This document shows, in pieces, positions 54,454 to 64,000 of a stretch of 64,000 nt of DNA (its first letter is position 1; each line of letters begins with the position of its first letter). This DNA comes from Dehalococcoidales bacterium. Lineage in GTDB: Bacteria; Chloroflexota; Dehalococcoidia; Dehalococcoidales; RBG-16-60-22. Under the pieces are notes generated by a model. It was not told the origin of the DNA. It ran no database searches and saw only the letters and a program-made list of their open reading frames with translations. The DNA lies in NCBI GenBank assembly GCA_028712355.1, contig JAQTQH010000004.1:9-64008 (forward strand), given 5' to 3'. The position numbers and the translations under genes were made by a program.

Positions 54454-55323
54454 TTAGACATCCACCCCCAGGGCCTGTCTCACAATAAAGCCGATGCCAT
54501 ATGATACTGCGGCAATTCCAATCGCCAGCAGCGCCATCTCGAAGAACCTCGTCCAGAAAGACAGGCTTCTGGCAACCGAGAAATAAAAATTGAATGCGGT
54601 GATTACGATAATCGCATTGACCATCATAATACCCATGGATAGATAAACATTGGGTAAAACCAGATAAGGGAACACCAGAAAGAGAACGGTGAAAACATAA
54701 GCCACTCCGGTGTATAAGGCAGATTTCAGAGGTGCTTTGCTGCCTCCTTCCGTCTTACTCGCGAGGTACTCCGAAGCCGCCATGGACATCGAACCCGCCA
54801 GCCCGGTAATCAGTCCCGCCGTGGCAATAAGGCGGGGCTCTCCGAGTGCCAGCGTCAAGCCCGCCAGCACGCCGGTAAGCTCGATAAGGGCATCGTTCAG
54901 ACCACGCACCACAGAGCCTATATAATTCAACCGCTCTTCGTCAATCATCTCAATTAGCCGATCTTCGTGCTCCGCTTCTTCCCTGGCTATTTCCAGAGCC
55001 TGAGGTACGATACTGGAAATATTGTGGTAATTCACCTGTGCCCTGCCTTCTCCGATTTCCATCGCTTTGAGACCGAACATCAGACCGAACACTTTAGCGA
55101 CCAGATAGTAGCCCCATATTTTTAGCCAGTCGGGTTTTTCCACAATTCCGGTGTAATTTTTCCAGAGGTTATAATGCCTCAATTCATCCTGTGATATACG
55201 CAGCAAAATTTCCTTATTGTGGGCATCTTTAACGGAACGCGCAAGTTTTTTATAGAAAATGTGCTCGGTTATTTCACTCCGCTGTGCTGTCTTGATTTCA
55301 TTGATTGCCTGTTTCTTGTCCAT
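54454..55323 (-). CDS. Ferritin-like (rubrerythrin-type) domain fused to a VIT1/CCC1 iron/manganese transporter
   Basis: The N-terminus has ferritin-like E-x2-H motifs (SEITEHIFY, QDELRHYNLW, EEAEHEDRL). The C-terminus has VIT1 TM helices (GLNDALIELTGVLAGL). Confidence 0.8.
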   Translation of the reverse strand: MDKKQAINEIKTAQRSEITEHIFYKKLARSVKDAHNKEILLRISQDELRHYNLWKNYTGIVEKPDWLKIWGYYLVAKVFGLMFGLKAMEIGEGRAQVNYHNISSIVPQALEIAREEAEHEDRLIEMIDEERLNYIGSVVRGLNDALIELTGVLAGLTLALGEPRLIATAGLITGLAGSMSMAASEYLASKTEGGSKAPLKSALYTGVAYVFTVLFLVFPYLVLPNVYLSMGIMMVNAIIVITAFNFYFSVARSLSFWTRFFEMALLAIGIAAVSYGIGFIVRQALGVDV

Positions 55324-55373
55324 TGTCTTTTTCTCCCGCGGCGTAGCAACAATCTCCTTTGCCTGAAAAGCCG

Positions 55374-57227
55374 CTATTGGTACAGCCCCCGGTCATCGCC
55401 GGTACGGCGGGTCACCTTCTGCCCATCGAGATATTCCAGCAAAGCCTGCGCATACTTGCGGCTGGTCTGGAAAAGGTCTCGTACTTCACCCAGGGTCACT
55501 TTACCGTGCTCTTTGATGTGCGCCTTTATTTTCGCCACCATTTCATCATAAGCCGCCGTACTGAAAATAATATTATCACTCACTTTAACTGCTTTCCGCT
55601 GGCTGACCAGCAGATTCACGAGGTCGGACTCGGGTATCAACTCGGAAGGCGGCGCATAGGGCTGCTGCGCCAGCGCTTTGAGGAAGGCATCCATTTTCGC
55701 CTGTTGCGCAGAGGTAAGCTTAGGCTGGTGGGTCGGCACACGCATCACACTAACTTCTTCGGCGATAAGCCTTTGCTCGCTGAGTTTATTTAAAGCAAGA
55801 ATGGAATAATCGCCCATTTTCAGCTTGCTGGCAAGCTCCACCCGCGGCATGCCGCTGCGTGCCGGGAATTTCTGGTGGTAGTCCTGCAGCCAGGAGACTA
55901 CCCGCTTCGCCAGGTTGTTCCAGCCGTTTGCCGTCAGCAATATGCGCTGTTCTTCAGTTCCGATAGTGATAATTCTACCCGCTGCGATGAGGGCTTGAAT
56001 CAGCGCGCGGGCTTCTTCCTCAGGCAAGTGACTCTGTGCGAGAAGCGCCGACAGGAGCATCGGCTGTTTGGTCTCCAGCAGCGCCATGACCGATTCTTCG
56101 GCGGTGCCGGCTTGGCGGGCTTCCAGACTTTGGAAAATTTCCGGCCGGAACCGGCGCAGGCGCGCCGCATGGGCTTCCACGATTTCACCGCCGCCCAGCG
56201 TCTCCACCGGAGACCGGATAATGAAGCGGTCGCCGCCGACCACCGCTACTGACTCTTCAAGCATTATCTGTCCCCACGCCGACTCCCCCGGCTTGAGGGT
56301 CTCCGCTTGCAGCAAGCGCACCTTGGCTATCGCCTCGGCGGCGCCGCAATGAAAGCTGATACTGGTACCATGGCGCAGCGGGCGCGGCAGGTATGACAGA
56401 AGCTGCAGTTTTACGGTCAACATGCTCGTCGGCTTGAGCCAGCCGGGCCTGGTGAGGACGTCGCCGCGCTTGAGCTGCTCAATAGACACACCCACCAGGT
56501 TCGCCGCCACGCGGGTGCCGGGCTGGGCGGATTCTACCTTCGCCTTGTGCGTCTGCAAGCCGCGCAGGCGCGATTTCAACCCCGACGGGACAATCTCCAC
56601 CTCCTGTCCCAGGGATAGCGAACCGTCAATCAGGGTACCGGTCACCACCGTGCCGGCGCCGGTGATGGTGAAAATCCGGTCGATGGGCAGGCGGGGTTTC
56701 CCTAAATCCTTGCGCGGCTCGGTTGTCTCCAGTAATTTACCGATAATTTCCCGTAATTCAGGCAAACCATCGCCAGTGATTGCAGAAACCGCCACGACGG
56801 GGGCTTGCGCTAAAGTGGTGGGGGCGAGCAGTTCGGCAATCTCCATTTTGACCAGGCTGAGCAAGTCGTCATCCACCAAATCCTTCTTGGTGATAACCAC
56901 GATACCGCGGCGCACCTTGAGCAGATCGAGAATGGCGAGATGCTCCCGCGTCTGCGGCATGACCCCTTCGTTAGCCGCCACGACGAGCAGCGCCAGGTCG
57001 ATGCCCCCCACCCCCGCCAGCATGTTCTTGATGAAACGCTCATGACCGGGAACATCAACAATGCCAACTTCTTTACCGCCGGGCAGCTTGAGCCAGGCAA
57101 AGCCGAGGTCGATGGTCATGCCGCGCTCTTTTTCCTCTTTGAGCCGGTCGGGGTCGATGCCGGTGAGCGCCTGCACCAGCGCCGATTTACCGTGGTCGAT
57201 ATGCCCCGCCGTCCCCATAACAAACAT
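55374..57227 (-). CDS. selB: Selenocysteine-specific elongation factor SelB
   Basis: The EF-Tu-like GTPase motifs are present ([26 protein letters not shown]), followed by a C-terminal winged-helix extension. It lies in an operon with selA. Confidence 0.9.
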   Translation of the reverse strand: MFVMGTAGHIDHGKSALVQALTGIDPDRLKEEKERGMTIDLGFAWLKLPGGKEVGIVDVPGHERFIKNMLAGVGGIDLALLVVAANEGVMPQTREHLAILDLLKVRRGIVVITKKDLVDDDLLSLVKMEIAELLAPTTLAQAPVVAVSAITGDGLPELREIIGKLLETTEPRKDLGKPRLPIDRIFTITGAGTVVTGTLIDGSLSLGQEVEIVPSGLKSRLRGLQTHKAKVESAQPGTRVAANLVGVSIEQLKRGDVLTRPGWLKPTSMLTVKLQLLSYLPRPLRHGTSISFHCGAAEAIAKVRLLQAETLKPGESAWGQIMLEESVAVVGGDRFIIRSPVETLGGGEIVEAHAARLRRFRPEIFQSLEARQAGTAEESVMALLETKQPMLLSALLAQSHLPEEEARALIQALIAAGRIITIGTEEQRILLTANGWNNLAKRVVSWLQDYHQKFPARSGMPRVELASKLKMGDYSILALNKLSEQRLIAEEVSVMRVPTHQPKLTSAQQAKMDAFLKALAQQPYAPPSELIPESDLVNLLVSQRKAVKVSDNIIFSTAAYDEMVAKIKAHIKEHGKVTLGEVRDLFQTSRKYAQALLEYLDGQKVTRRTGDDRGLYQ

Positions 57228-57255
57228 CTATTGCTATCTCCCGAAAAATATTATC

Positions 57256-57903
57256 CTAAGTATATCTTAGCTGAACCAGAAACAAACCGGTAATTGCCCC
57301 TACCGCAAGACCGCCCAGCAGTCCCGCGGCGGCGCCGATGGCAATTATCACCGGTAAAGCGGTATCTGCCGTGGGCAAAGCAGCGCCGAGGAAAATAACC
57401 AGCAGCCCCGCCATCCAGGCGAGAAGATTCGCCGGAATCCAGCGAGCGGCATCCGGGGTGTGTTTTTTCAATTCCAGCCATTGAAACGCGCCGAAAACGG
57501 CGCCCAGGACAATCCCCATGCCAAGCGAGAGCAGTGCGGTCTGCCAGACCGCCATTTTCACCATGTCTGCGGTATCCGGCTGGGACAGGAACGTCGATGG
57601 CAGCATCCCCAACAGCCAGGCGACCGCCGCACCCAGCGCGGTAACGAAAAGCCAGTTGCGTGTCTTGAGGATGGCAAATCTTTGCTTCAGCACCCACCAC
57701 TGGAAAGCGCCGGTGACCGAACCTTCAATGATGCCCGCCAGAATCATCACCAGAATCAACAGCAGTTGCCAGGGCAGCGTCTGCGGCTCGCCGAAAAGCC
57801 GGAGGTGCAGCATCCAGATACCCGCCGCCACGCCGATGCCAATCAACTCGCCGGCGCCGCAGGCAAAAGTCCATTTCAACCAGTAGCTATGGCGTTCGGA
57901 CAT
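57256..57903 (-). CDS. Six-TM membrane protein of unknown function embedded between selA and selB
   Basis: ATG 57903 has RBS aaggag at 8-nt spacing. There are six hydrophobic segments and a duplicated motif [10 protein letters not shown] / [10 protein letters not shown]. The intergenic gaps are 22 nt to selA and 28 nt to selB. Confidence 0.65.
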   Translation of the reverse strand: MSERHSYWLKWTFACGAGELIGIGVAAGIWMLHLRLFGEPQTLPWQLLLILVMILAGIIEGSVTGAFQWWVLKQRFAILKTRNWLFVTALGAAVAWLLGMLPSTFLSQPDTADMVKMAVWQTALLSLGMGIVLGAVFGAFQWLELKKHTPDAARWIPANLLAWMAGLLVIFLGAALPTADTALPVIIAIGAAAGLLGGLAVGAITGLFLVQLRYT

Positions 57904-57925
57904 TTCGCGATGCTCCTTCAGCTCG

Positions 57926-59293
57926 CTAATCCGGAGAAAAAGCACGCAGGGCTTGCAATACTATTTCGTCCTCCTCGGGAAGCACAGAGCGAGGGTCGAG
58001 GAGAAAAGTATCATTTTCAATCCTGCCGATTAAGGGGACTTCCTGCCGGCGCAACTGCTGGCTCAAACGCTGCACCAGAGTTTGCTCTCCTTTGCCGATG
58101 GCAACGAGCCGGGTCGGCAGAGTCCCGCCAGGCAGGCTGCCCCCACCCACCATGCTCTCCCCGGGGACTACCTCAGCCTGCATTACAATCGCTTTTGCCC
58201 ATTGATTCGCCCGGCTCTCAATCAGCGCAACCGGAGCGGCAATCATGCGCCAGACGGGGACCTTCTTTTCCGCCTCGCCTTTGAGATAGTGAAGCAGAGT
58301 TGCCGACAGCCCCGCCAGCCGCACCTTGTCAATACGCATCGCCCGCATCAACGGATGCCGGCGCAGTTTATCAATGTATTCCTTCTTCCCGGCGATTATC
58401 CCCGCCTGCGGACCGCCCAGCAGCTTATCTCCAGAGAAAAAAGCCAGCGTCACACCGCAGGCAATACTTTGCGGCACCATCGGCTCAACAGCCAGCCCGA
58501 ACTTCGCGGTGTCCAGGAAACACCCGCTGCCGAGGTCGTCAAAGACCGGGACATTGCTTTTCTTGCCCAGCGCCGCCAGTTCCTCAATGCCGACCTCGTT
58601 GGTAAAACCGACGACTTTAAAGTTACTCGAATGCACTCTCAGGAGCGCCGCCGTGCGGTCGTTGATTGCCTGCTCGTAATCGGCGATATAAGTACAGTTG
58701 GTGGTGCCGACCTCAATCAGCTTCGCGCCGCTCTGGCGCATCACGTCCGGGACACGGAAGCCGCCTCCGATTTCCACTGCCTGCCCGCGTGAGACAATGA
58801 CCTCTTTCCTTTTCGCCAGGGCGGTCAGTCCCAGCAACACGGCAGCGGCGTTATTGTTGACCACCAGCGCCGCTTCCGCGCCGGTCAGACGGCAGAGCAG
58901 CGATTCAGCATGCACATCTCGCGAGCCTCGCTTGCCGCTTTCCAGGCTGAATTCCAGGTTGCAGTAACCTCGACTGGCGGTCTCCATCGCGGCGATAGCT
59001 TCGGAGCTTAACGGAGCGCGGCCCAGGTTGGTGTGCAGGATTACCCCGGTGGCATTTATGACCCGGCGCAGGGAAGGTTTTTCCAGAGACCCCATATTCG
59101 CCAGAACGCCGTCAGCAATCTCTTCCGCCGTGTGTGGTTTCTTACCGCTGGCGATTCTCCGCCGTTCAGAATCAAGCTGCTCCCGCACCAGACTCACGAG
59201 CAACTCATGGGGATAAACCGATTCCCGCGATTTGATTCGCTCATCGGACAGCACCCTGTCCACGGAGGGGAGACTGCGAAATTCACCGGTCAT
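57926..59293 (-). CDS. selA: L-seryl-tRNA(Sec) selenium transferase SelA
   Basis: LPSVDRVL N-terminus, with INATGVILHTNLGRA and the PLP-Lys region FSGDKLLGGPQAGII. Confidence 0.9.
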   Translation of the reverse strand: MTGEFRSLPSVDRVLSDERIKSRESVYPHELLVSLVREQLDSERRRIASGKKPHTAEEIADGVLANMGSLEKPSLRRVINATGVILHTNLGRAPLSSEAIAAMETASRGYCNLEFSLESGKRGSRDVHAESLLCRLTGAEAALVVNNNAAAVLLGLTALAKRKEVIVSRGQAVEIGGGFRVPDVMRQSGAKLIEVGTTNCTYIADYEQAINDRTAALLRVHSSNFKVVGFTNEVGIEELAALGKKSNVPVFDDLGSGCFLDTAKFGLAVEPMVPQSIACGVTLAFFSGDKLLGGPQAGIIAGKKEYIDKLRRHPLMRAMRIDKVRLAGLSATLLHYLKGEAEKKVPVWRMIAAPVALIESRANQWAKAIVMQAEVVPGESMVGGGSLPGGTLPTRLVAIGKGEQTLVQRLSQQLRRQEVPLIGRIENDTFLLDPRSVLPEEDEIVLQALRAFSPD

Positions 59294-59431
59294 GTACGTA
59301 CTTTATACAACAATATGTTTCTACTTGTAAAGACTGTCCCGTGTCATTGCAAGACCATCCTTCCAGAGAAAGGAGGCAAATCAATTTCCTCTTTACCTAT
59401 TGGGACTTGCTTCGCTCCATTCGCAATGACA

Positions 59432-60838
59432 TCAACTCAGCTGTACTTCCTGTCCATATGCCGGCACAGTTACCGGCCAGCTGGTGCCCCGCGCCACATA
59501 ATCAGCAAAGCGGCGTGCGGAATCGGCATCGCCGTGGGTGACGAAAACGCGGCGGGGCGCTTTCTCCAGCCCGCCAAGCCACCGATAGAGCCCGTCCCGG
59601 TCGGCATGACCGGAAAACCCGTGTATCTGAGCAATCCTCGCCCGCACCCGGTATTTCTGCCCCAGAATACGCACTACCTTCTCCCCTTCTACGATAATTT
59701 TGCCCAGTGTTCCCTGCGCCTGATAGCCCACAAAAAGAATGGTGCTTTCCCGGCGGGAAATATTGGTGACGAGATGGTGCTTGATACGCCCGCCGGTACA
59801 CATCCCGGAACCAGCAATTATCATCGCCGTCCCGACGACGTGATTAATAGACTTGGACTCCTCGACCGTGCGGATTTGTTGCAGCCCGGGAAAATGAAAT
59901 GGGTGTTTCTTCTGGCGGACGAGCTCCATCATTTCCCGGTCGTAAAGCTCAGGATGGCGCTCAAAAACATCAGTGATGCTGTTGGCCATGGGGCTGTCCA
60001 AGAAGGCCATGATATGCGGGATACTTCCGGCAATGAGCAGTTCATTCATGTAATAAAGGAGTTCCTGGGCGCGTTCCAAGGCGAAGCTGGGCACGACGAT
60101 GTTGCCCCGCGCCTGCACGGTATCATTAACCACATCGGCAAGGTCTTCCGCAGTGTTCTGCGCCCTCTCGTGCAGACGATCACCGTAAGTCGACTCCACA
60201 ATAACGTAATCCGCCTGAGAAAAGATGGTACGGTCGCGCAGTATGGGCTTATTTCGCGAGCCGACATCGCCGGAAAAGATAATGGTGCGCTTCTCGCCCC
60301 CCTCGTTCGCGACAATCTTAATCATCGCCGAGCCGAGGACATGACCCGCATCATGAAAAGATACTTCAACGCCCTCACCGAATTTAAGCGGCTGTCCGTA
60401 GTCCACCGGCGTAAAATAAGGTGTTACCGCCTGAGCATCAGCGATGGTATAAAGCGGGACCTCCGGATAAGGCCCCTGCCTGCCTTCGCGCTGGTGCCGC
60501 TTTTTCTTAATCTCAGCGTCTTCTTCCATCAGCTTGGCGGAGTCCCGTAGCATGATATCCGTGATTTCAGTGGTTGCCGCAGTACCATATATTTTGCTGC
60601 GGTAGCCTTCCCGAACCAGCCTGGGCAGCAACCCCGAGTGGTCCAGGTGGGCATGCGTCAGCAGCACGGCATTGATGCTTTGCAACGGGTAACGAAAAGG
60701 AGCCCAGTCACGCCCCCGCAGTTCCCTTTCCTGGTGCAGTCCGCAATCTATCAGCAGTCTCACACCGCCGGCTTCCAAAAGATACTGCGAGCCGGTAACA
60801 TTTTGCGCCGCACCGAGAAAAGTGAGTTTTATCGACAA
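59432..60838 (-). CDS. MBL-fold beta-CASP ribonuclease (CPSF/RNase-J-related)
   Basis: The HxHxDH motif is present (LLTHAHLDHSG), with beta-CASP motifs and a C-terminal FSGHAD...VFVTHGD. Confidence 0.85.
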   Translation of the reverse strand: MSIKLTFLGAAQNVTGSQYLLEAGGVRLLIDCGLHQERELRGRDWAPFRYPLQSINAVLLTHAHLDHSGLLPRLVREGYRSKIYGTAATTEITDIMLRDSAKLMEEDAEIKKKRHQREGRQGPYPEVPLYTIADAQAVTPYFTPVDYGQPLKFGEGVEVSFHDAGHVLGSAMIKIVANEGGEKRTIIFSGDVGSRNKPILRDRTIFSQADYVIVESTYGDRLHERAQNTAEDLADVVNDTVQARGNIVVPSFALERAQELLYYMNELLIAGSIPHIMAFLDSPMANSITDVFERHPELYDREMMELVRQKKHPFHFPGLQQIRTVEESKSINHVVGTAMIIAGSGMCTGGRIKHHLVTNISRRESTILFVGYQAQGTLGKIIVEGEKVVRILGQKYRVRARIAQIHGFSGHADRDGLYRWLGGLEKAPRRVFVTHGDADSARRFADYVARGTSWPVTVPAYGQEVQLS

Positions 60839-60903
60839 GGTAACCTCCTTTGCTGTTTTTCTTAATCATACCATTCTAGCGTAGCTGTCCACCAGCAGCT
60901 ATG

Positions 60904-60932
60904 TTGACAGGTTTATCCGGAGCATGTTAAAT
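60904..60932 (+). promoter_or_regulatory. Promoter candidate for the Rrf2-cysK operon
   Basis: ttgaca (60904-09), a 17-nt spacer, then ttaaat (60927-32). Confidence 0.3.
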
Positions 60933-60975
60933 TTTATACTATCCTAATTATTTTGGTCAACAATGGAGATGTAAC

Positions 60976-61419
60976 ATGAAACTATCGACGAGAGCAAGGT
61001 ACGGCACCAGAGCGCTCCTTGACCTGGTGCGGCAGCCTCCAAACGAGCCGGTACAACTGAAGGAAATCGCCCGGCGGCAAGGGGTTTCCCTGCACTACCT
61101 GGAACATCTCATAACGCCGCTTATCACCGCCGGTATCATCCGGAGTATCCGCGGGGCGCGGGGCGGGGTCAAGCTCGCCCGGCCGGCGGAGCAGATTAGC
61201 CTTGCCGAAATCATCCGGCTGCTCGAAGGCTCCCTTACTCCCGTGGAATGCATCGACAAGCCGGATAATTGCCCGCGCGCCGCAGCCTGCGCCACCCGCG
61301 ATGTCTGGAGCGAAATGCAGCAAATAATACAGAATTTCCTGGAGGGGATAACTCTTCGCGACATGGCGGAGCGACAGAAAAACAAAGATGCGGCGGGGCA
61401 GACCATGTATTACGTATGA
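60976..61419 (+). CDS. Rrf2-family transcriptional regulator (CymR/IscR-like)
   Basis: [17 protein letters not shown] and [14 protein letters not shown] are present. There are three Cys in the C-terminal half (C-x6-C-x5-C: [14 protein letters not shown]). Confidence 0.85.
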   Translation: MKLSTRARYGTRALLDLVRQPPNEPVQLKEIARRQGVSLHYLEHLITPLITAGIIRSIRGARGGVKLARPAEQISLAEIIRLLEGSLTPVECIDKPDNCPRAAACATRDVWSEMQQIIQNFLEGITLRDMAERQKNKDAAGQTMYYV

Positions 61420-61430
61420 AGGAGCGTCAG

Positions 61431-62420
61431 ATGACCGACAAAATAAAATACCGGCAAATTGAAATTTCACAGCTTACCCGGGGCATCGCGGCAGATGTCA
61501 CCGGGCTTATCGGCAATACTCCGATGGTGCGGCTGAACCACATTACCGAAGGAGTAAAGGCGGAAGTAGTCGCCAAGCTCGAGTCATTCAACCCGGCAGG
61601 CAGCGTCAAGGACCGTATCGGCGTTGCCATGATTGCCGATGCCGAGTCGAAAGGACTTCTTAAAAAAGACACTGTTATCGTCGAGCCGACCAGCGGCAAC
61701 ACCGGCATCGCCCTTGCCTTTATTTGCGCAGCGCGCGGCTACCATCTGGTCCTCACCATGCCGGAGACCATGTCCCTTGAGCGCCGGCAGCTCCTCTCTT
61801 ACCTGGGCGCACGGCTGGTGCTTACTCCGGGCGCGGAAGGCATGACGGGCGCCGTCAAAAAAGCGGCGCAGCTGGCGTCCGGAAATCCCAACTACTTTAT
61901 GCCCCTGCAATTCGAAAACCCGGCTAATCCCGAAATACACCGCCTGACCACCGCCGCGGAAATCTGGCGGGACACCGATGGCAAGGTGGATATTTTCGTG
62001 GCGGGTGTAGGCACCGGCGGCACCATCACCGGAGTCGCCGCGGCAATCAAAGCGAAAAGGCCCCGCTTCAAGGCAATCGCCGTAGAGCCGGCAGCTTCGC
62101 CCGTCCTTTCCGGCGGCAAGCCGGGCGCCCATAATATCCAAGGCATCGGCGCCGGGTTTGTCCCCGCCGTGCTGGATAGAAGCCTCATTGACGAGGTAAT
62201 CAAAGTAACGGATAATGACGCCCTGAACACGGCGCGGCGGCTCGCCCGGGAAGAAGGCCTCCTGGCGGGAATTTCTTCCGGGGCGGCGGTATGGGCGGCA
62301 CTGGAGGTCGCGAAAAGGGCAGAGAACAAAGGCAAGCTGATTGTCGTGTTATTGCCGGATACCGGCGAACGGTATCTTTCCACCGCCCTCTTCCAGGAAT
62401 TAAAACCGAACCTATCTTGA
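61431..62420 (+). CDS. cysK: Cysteine synthase A (O-acetylserine sulfhydrylase)
   Basis: The start is at ATG 61431 with RBS gaaggag. Motifs are [10 protein letters not shown], the PLP Lys in NPAGSVKDR, and TSGNTG. Confidence 0.9.
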   Translation: MTDKIKYRQIEISQLTRGIAADVTGLIGNTPMVRLNHITEGVKAEVVAKLESFNPAGSVKDRIGVAMIADAESKGLLKKDTVIVEPTSGNTGIALAFICAARGYHLVLTMPETMSLERRQLLSYLGARLVLTPGAEGMTGAVKKAAQLASGNPNYFMPLQFENPANPEIHRLTTAAEIWRDTDGKVDIFVAGVGTGGTITGVAAAIKAKRPRFKAIAVEPAASPVLSGGKPGAHNIQGIGAGFVPAVLDRSLIDEVIKVTDNDALNTARRLAREEGLLAGISSGAAVWAALEVAKRAENKGKLIVVLLPDTGERYLSTALFQELKPNLS

Positions 62421-62556
62421 CGGTAATCTATCACCATGTCCCTTTCCTAGGAATTCAGTAAAGGGTGAGGGTTTCTAAAAGACCTTACTACGTATTGAGC
62501 ATGAAAAGCGGTATAATATAGCTATAATATCACGGGACAAACGATGAGATTGTTCT

Positions 62557-63276
62557 ATGTTTAAGACACTCCGGGAAGACATCCGCACCGTGTTTAGCAA
62601 AGACCCGGCCGCCCGTAGCACCCTGGAGGTGCTGCTCTGCTACCCGGGCTTGCATGCCCTGTGGTCTCATCGTTGCTCCCACTGGATGTGGAACCATAAC
62701 CTCAAGTTCTTTGCCCGGCTGACCTCACACCTCAGCCGCTTCTTCACCGGTATTGAAATTCACCCCGGCGCCAGAATCGGCAGGAGGTTCTTCATCGACC
62801 ATGGAGCGGGGGTGGTCATCGGCGAGACCGCTGAAATCAGCGATGACGTTCTGCTCTACCAGGGGGTAGTACTGGGCGGGACAACATTAGAGAAGAAAAA
62901 GCGTCATCCCACGCTGGGCAACAACGTGGAGATGGGCAGCGGCTCGATTGCGCTCGGTCCCATCACCATCGGGGACGGCGCCCGCATCGGCTCCGGTTCG
63001 GTGGTTATCAAGTCCGTGCCGCCGGGAGCGACGGTGGTAGGCATCCCCGGCAAGGTCGTCCGCGACCGTCTCAGACCGTACCAGGACCTGGAGCACGGCA
63101 AGTTGCCCGACCCGGTGGCGGAAGTCATCCGGCTGGTGCACCAGGAACTGCGCAAGGTCGAGGAGCGTTTAGGCAAGCTGGAAAGCGCTGCCGGTATTAC
63201 GCCGCCGGAGGAAGCCCCGGGAGAAGTCCCTGAGGTAATTGCCGAGGTCGAGGATATCAACAGTGAACCCAAATAA
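62557..63276 (+). CDS. cysE: Serine O-acetyltransferase
   Basis: [16 protein letters not shown], a [11 protein letters not shown] hexapeptide-repeat core and HPTLGNNV. Confidence 0.9.
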   Translation: MFKTLREDIRTVFSKDPAARSTLEVLLCYPGLHALWSHRCSHWMWNHNLKFFARLTSHLSRFFTGIEIHPGARIGRRFFIDHGAGVVIGETAEISDDVLLYQGVVLGGTTLEKKKRHPTLGNNVEMGSGSIALGPITIGDGARIGSGSVVIKSVPPGATVVGIPGKVVRDRLRPYQDLEHGKLPDPVAEVIRLVHQELRKVEERLGKLESAAGITPPEEAPGEVPEVIAEVEDINSEPK

Positions 63277-64000
63277 GAACACCAGAATAGCCGTGGCGAT
63301 GAGCGGCGGCGTCGATTCCTCGGTGGCGGCGGCACTGCTCAAGCAGCAAGGCTGCCAGGTGACGGGCATCACCATGAAAATATGGGACGGCAAAGACCTG
63401 CCCGCGACCGGCCGCCATCACGGCTGCTACGGTACTGAGGAAACCGCCGATATCGAAGACGCCCGCCGGGTGGCGGAATCTTTACAAATCCCTTTCCGGG
63501 TCATCGACCTGACCGGCGAATATAAATCAGTGGTGCTGGACTATTTTTGCAAAGAATATCTCTCCGGGCGGACACCCAATCCCTGTGTGCGGTGCAACCA
63601 GCGCATCAAGTTCCAGGCTCTGGTGGAAAAAGCCCGCGAAACCGGGCTGGAGTTCGATTTCATCGCCAGCGGGCATTATGCCCGAATCGAATACAACCAT
63701 GAACTAAACTGCTACCTTCTGAAGAAAGCGAAAGACCTGTCCAAAGACCAATCATACTTTCTGTCCTTTCTTACCCAGGAACAGTTGAGCCGCCTGATAT
63801 TACCGCTAGGCGGCTACACCAAGGATGAAGTCAGGAAAATGGCGACACAATTTGGATTGGAAATTGCAGACAAGCCGGATAGCCAGAATTTCATCTCTGG
63901 CGGCTACTCCGCGATGATTGAAACGGAAGGCAAACCGGGACCAATCATAGACACGGGCGGTAAAGTAATCGGAGAGCATCGCGGAATACAATATTACACG
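63263..64000 (+). CDS. mnmA: tRNA 2-thiouridine(34) synthase MnmA, 3' end cut by window edge
   Basis: This gene is not in the ORF track because it has no stop within the window. GTG 63263 opens [26 protein letters not shown] (PP-loop), followed by NPCVRCN and DQSYFL. The frame stays open to 64000. Confidence 0.85.
   Translation, partial: MNPNKNTRIAVAMSGGVDSSVAAALLKQQGCQVTGITMKIWDGKDLPATGRHHGCYGTEETADIEDARRVAESLQIPFRVIDLTGEYKSVVLDYFCKEYLSGRTPNPCVRCNQRIKFQALVEKARETGLEFDFIASGHYARIEYNHELNCYLLKKAKDLSKDQSYFLSFLTQEQLSRLILPLGGYTKDEVRKMATQFGLEIADKPDSQNFISGGYSAMIETEGKPGPIIDTGGKVIGEHRGIQYYT

Noticed and set aside
50979-59293. Selenoprotein genes (in-frame TGA) among the genes between selC and selA
   Set aside because: No same-strand, same-frame ORF pairs separated by one TGA were found, and no truncated redox-motif proteins were visible. 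This was checked only by eye, so it is not exhaustive.
59033-60550. 505-aa ORF on the + strand
   Set aside because: It is antisense to the selA 5' end and the beta-CASP nuclease gene and crosses the intergenic spacer. Its sequence is low-complexity and has no RBS. It was judged a shadow ORF.
1-64000. CRISPR arrays, rRNA genes, transposases/integrases and toxin-antitoxin pairs
   Set aside because: I looked for regularly spaced direct repeats, rRNA-like conserved blocks, and DDE or tyrosine-recombinase motifs in all listed ORFs. None was seen.

Overview
This 64-kb chromosomal window consists mostly of conserved housekeeping operons. On the + strand: treS-mak/glgB (GlgE alpha-glucan pathway), ftsA-ftsZ, nusA-ylxR-infB-rbfA-truB, an inositol-lipid cluster, purA, tatA/tatB/tatC, and an Rrf2 regulator with cysK-cysE-mnmA. 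On the - strand: rplI-dnaB-dnaD-dnaC, a BcrAD-like ATPase with plsX-trxA-trxB, rpsO-pnp-dapB-dapA, and selA-X-selB. Short, visibly AT-rich accessory islets interrupt these at about 7.5-8.4 kb, 14-17.4 kb, 23.2-24 kb and 42.1-43.6 kb. There are two tRNAs, Leu-TAG (-) and Sec-TCA (+). I found no rRNA, no CRISPR array and no intact transposase or integrase. Gene content and protein style suggest a Chloroflexota-like anaerobe, but that is inference only. All product names rest on motif recognition by eye in the supplied ORF translations; no database search was run.

The candidates most worth a second look are:
1. A Tat-exported DUF362 lipoprotein next to a single polypeptide that fuses a NapH-like membrane domain to a NapG-like tetra-cluster ferredoxin through an internal twin-arginine motif. 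This could be an uncharacterised quinol-linked extracytoplasmic redox module.
2. A 6-TM protein of unknown function, with a duplicated GAFQW-x2-LK motif, wedged inside the selA-selB operon.
3. A helicase-loader gene with two complete DnaC-type AAA+ modules in tandem.
4. An archaeal-type HMG-CoA-synthase-like protein fused to DUF35, in which all three catalytic residues appear to be replaced.
5. A two-module ~80-bp dispersed intergenic element and an 80-bp nested palindrome.
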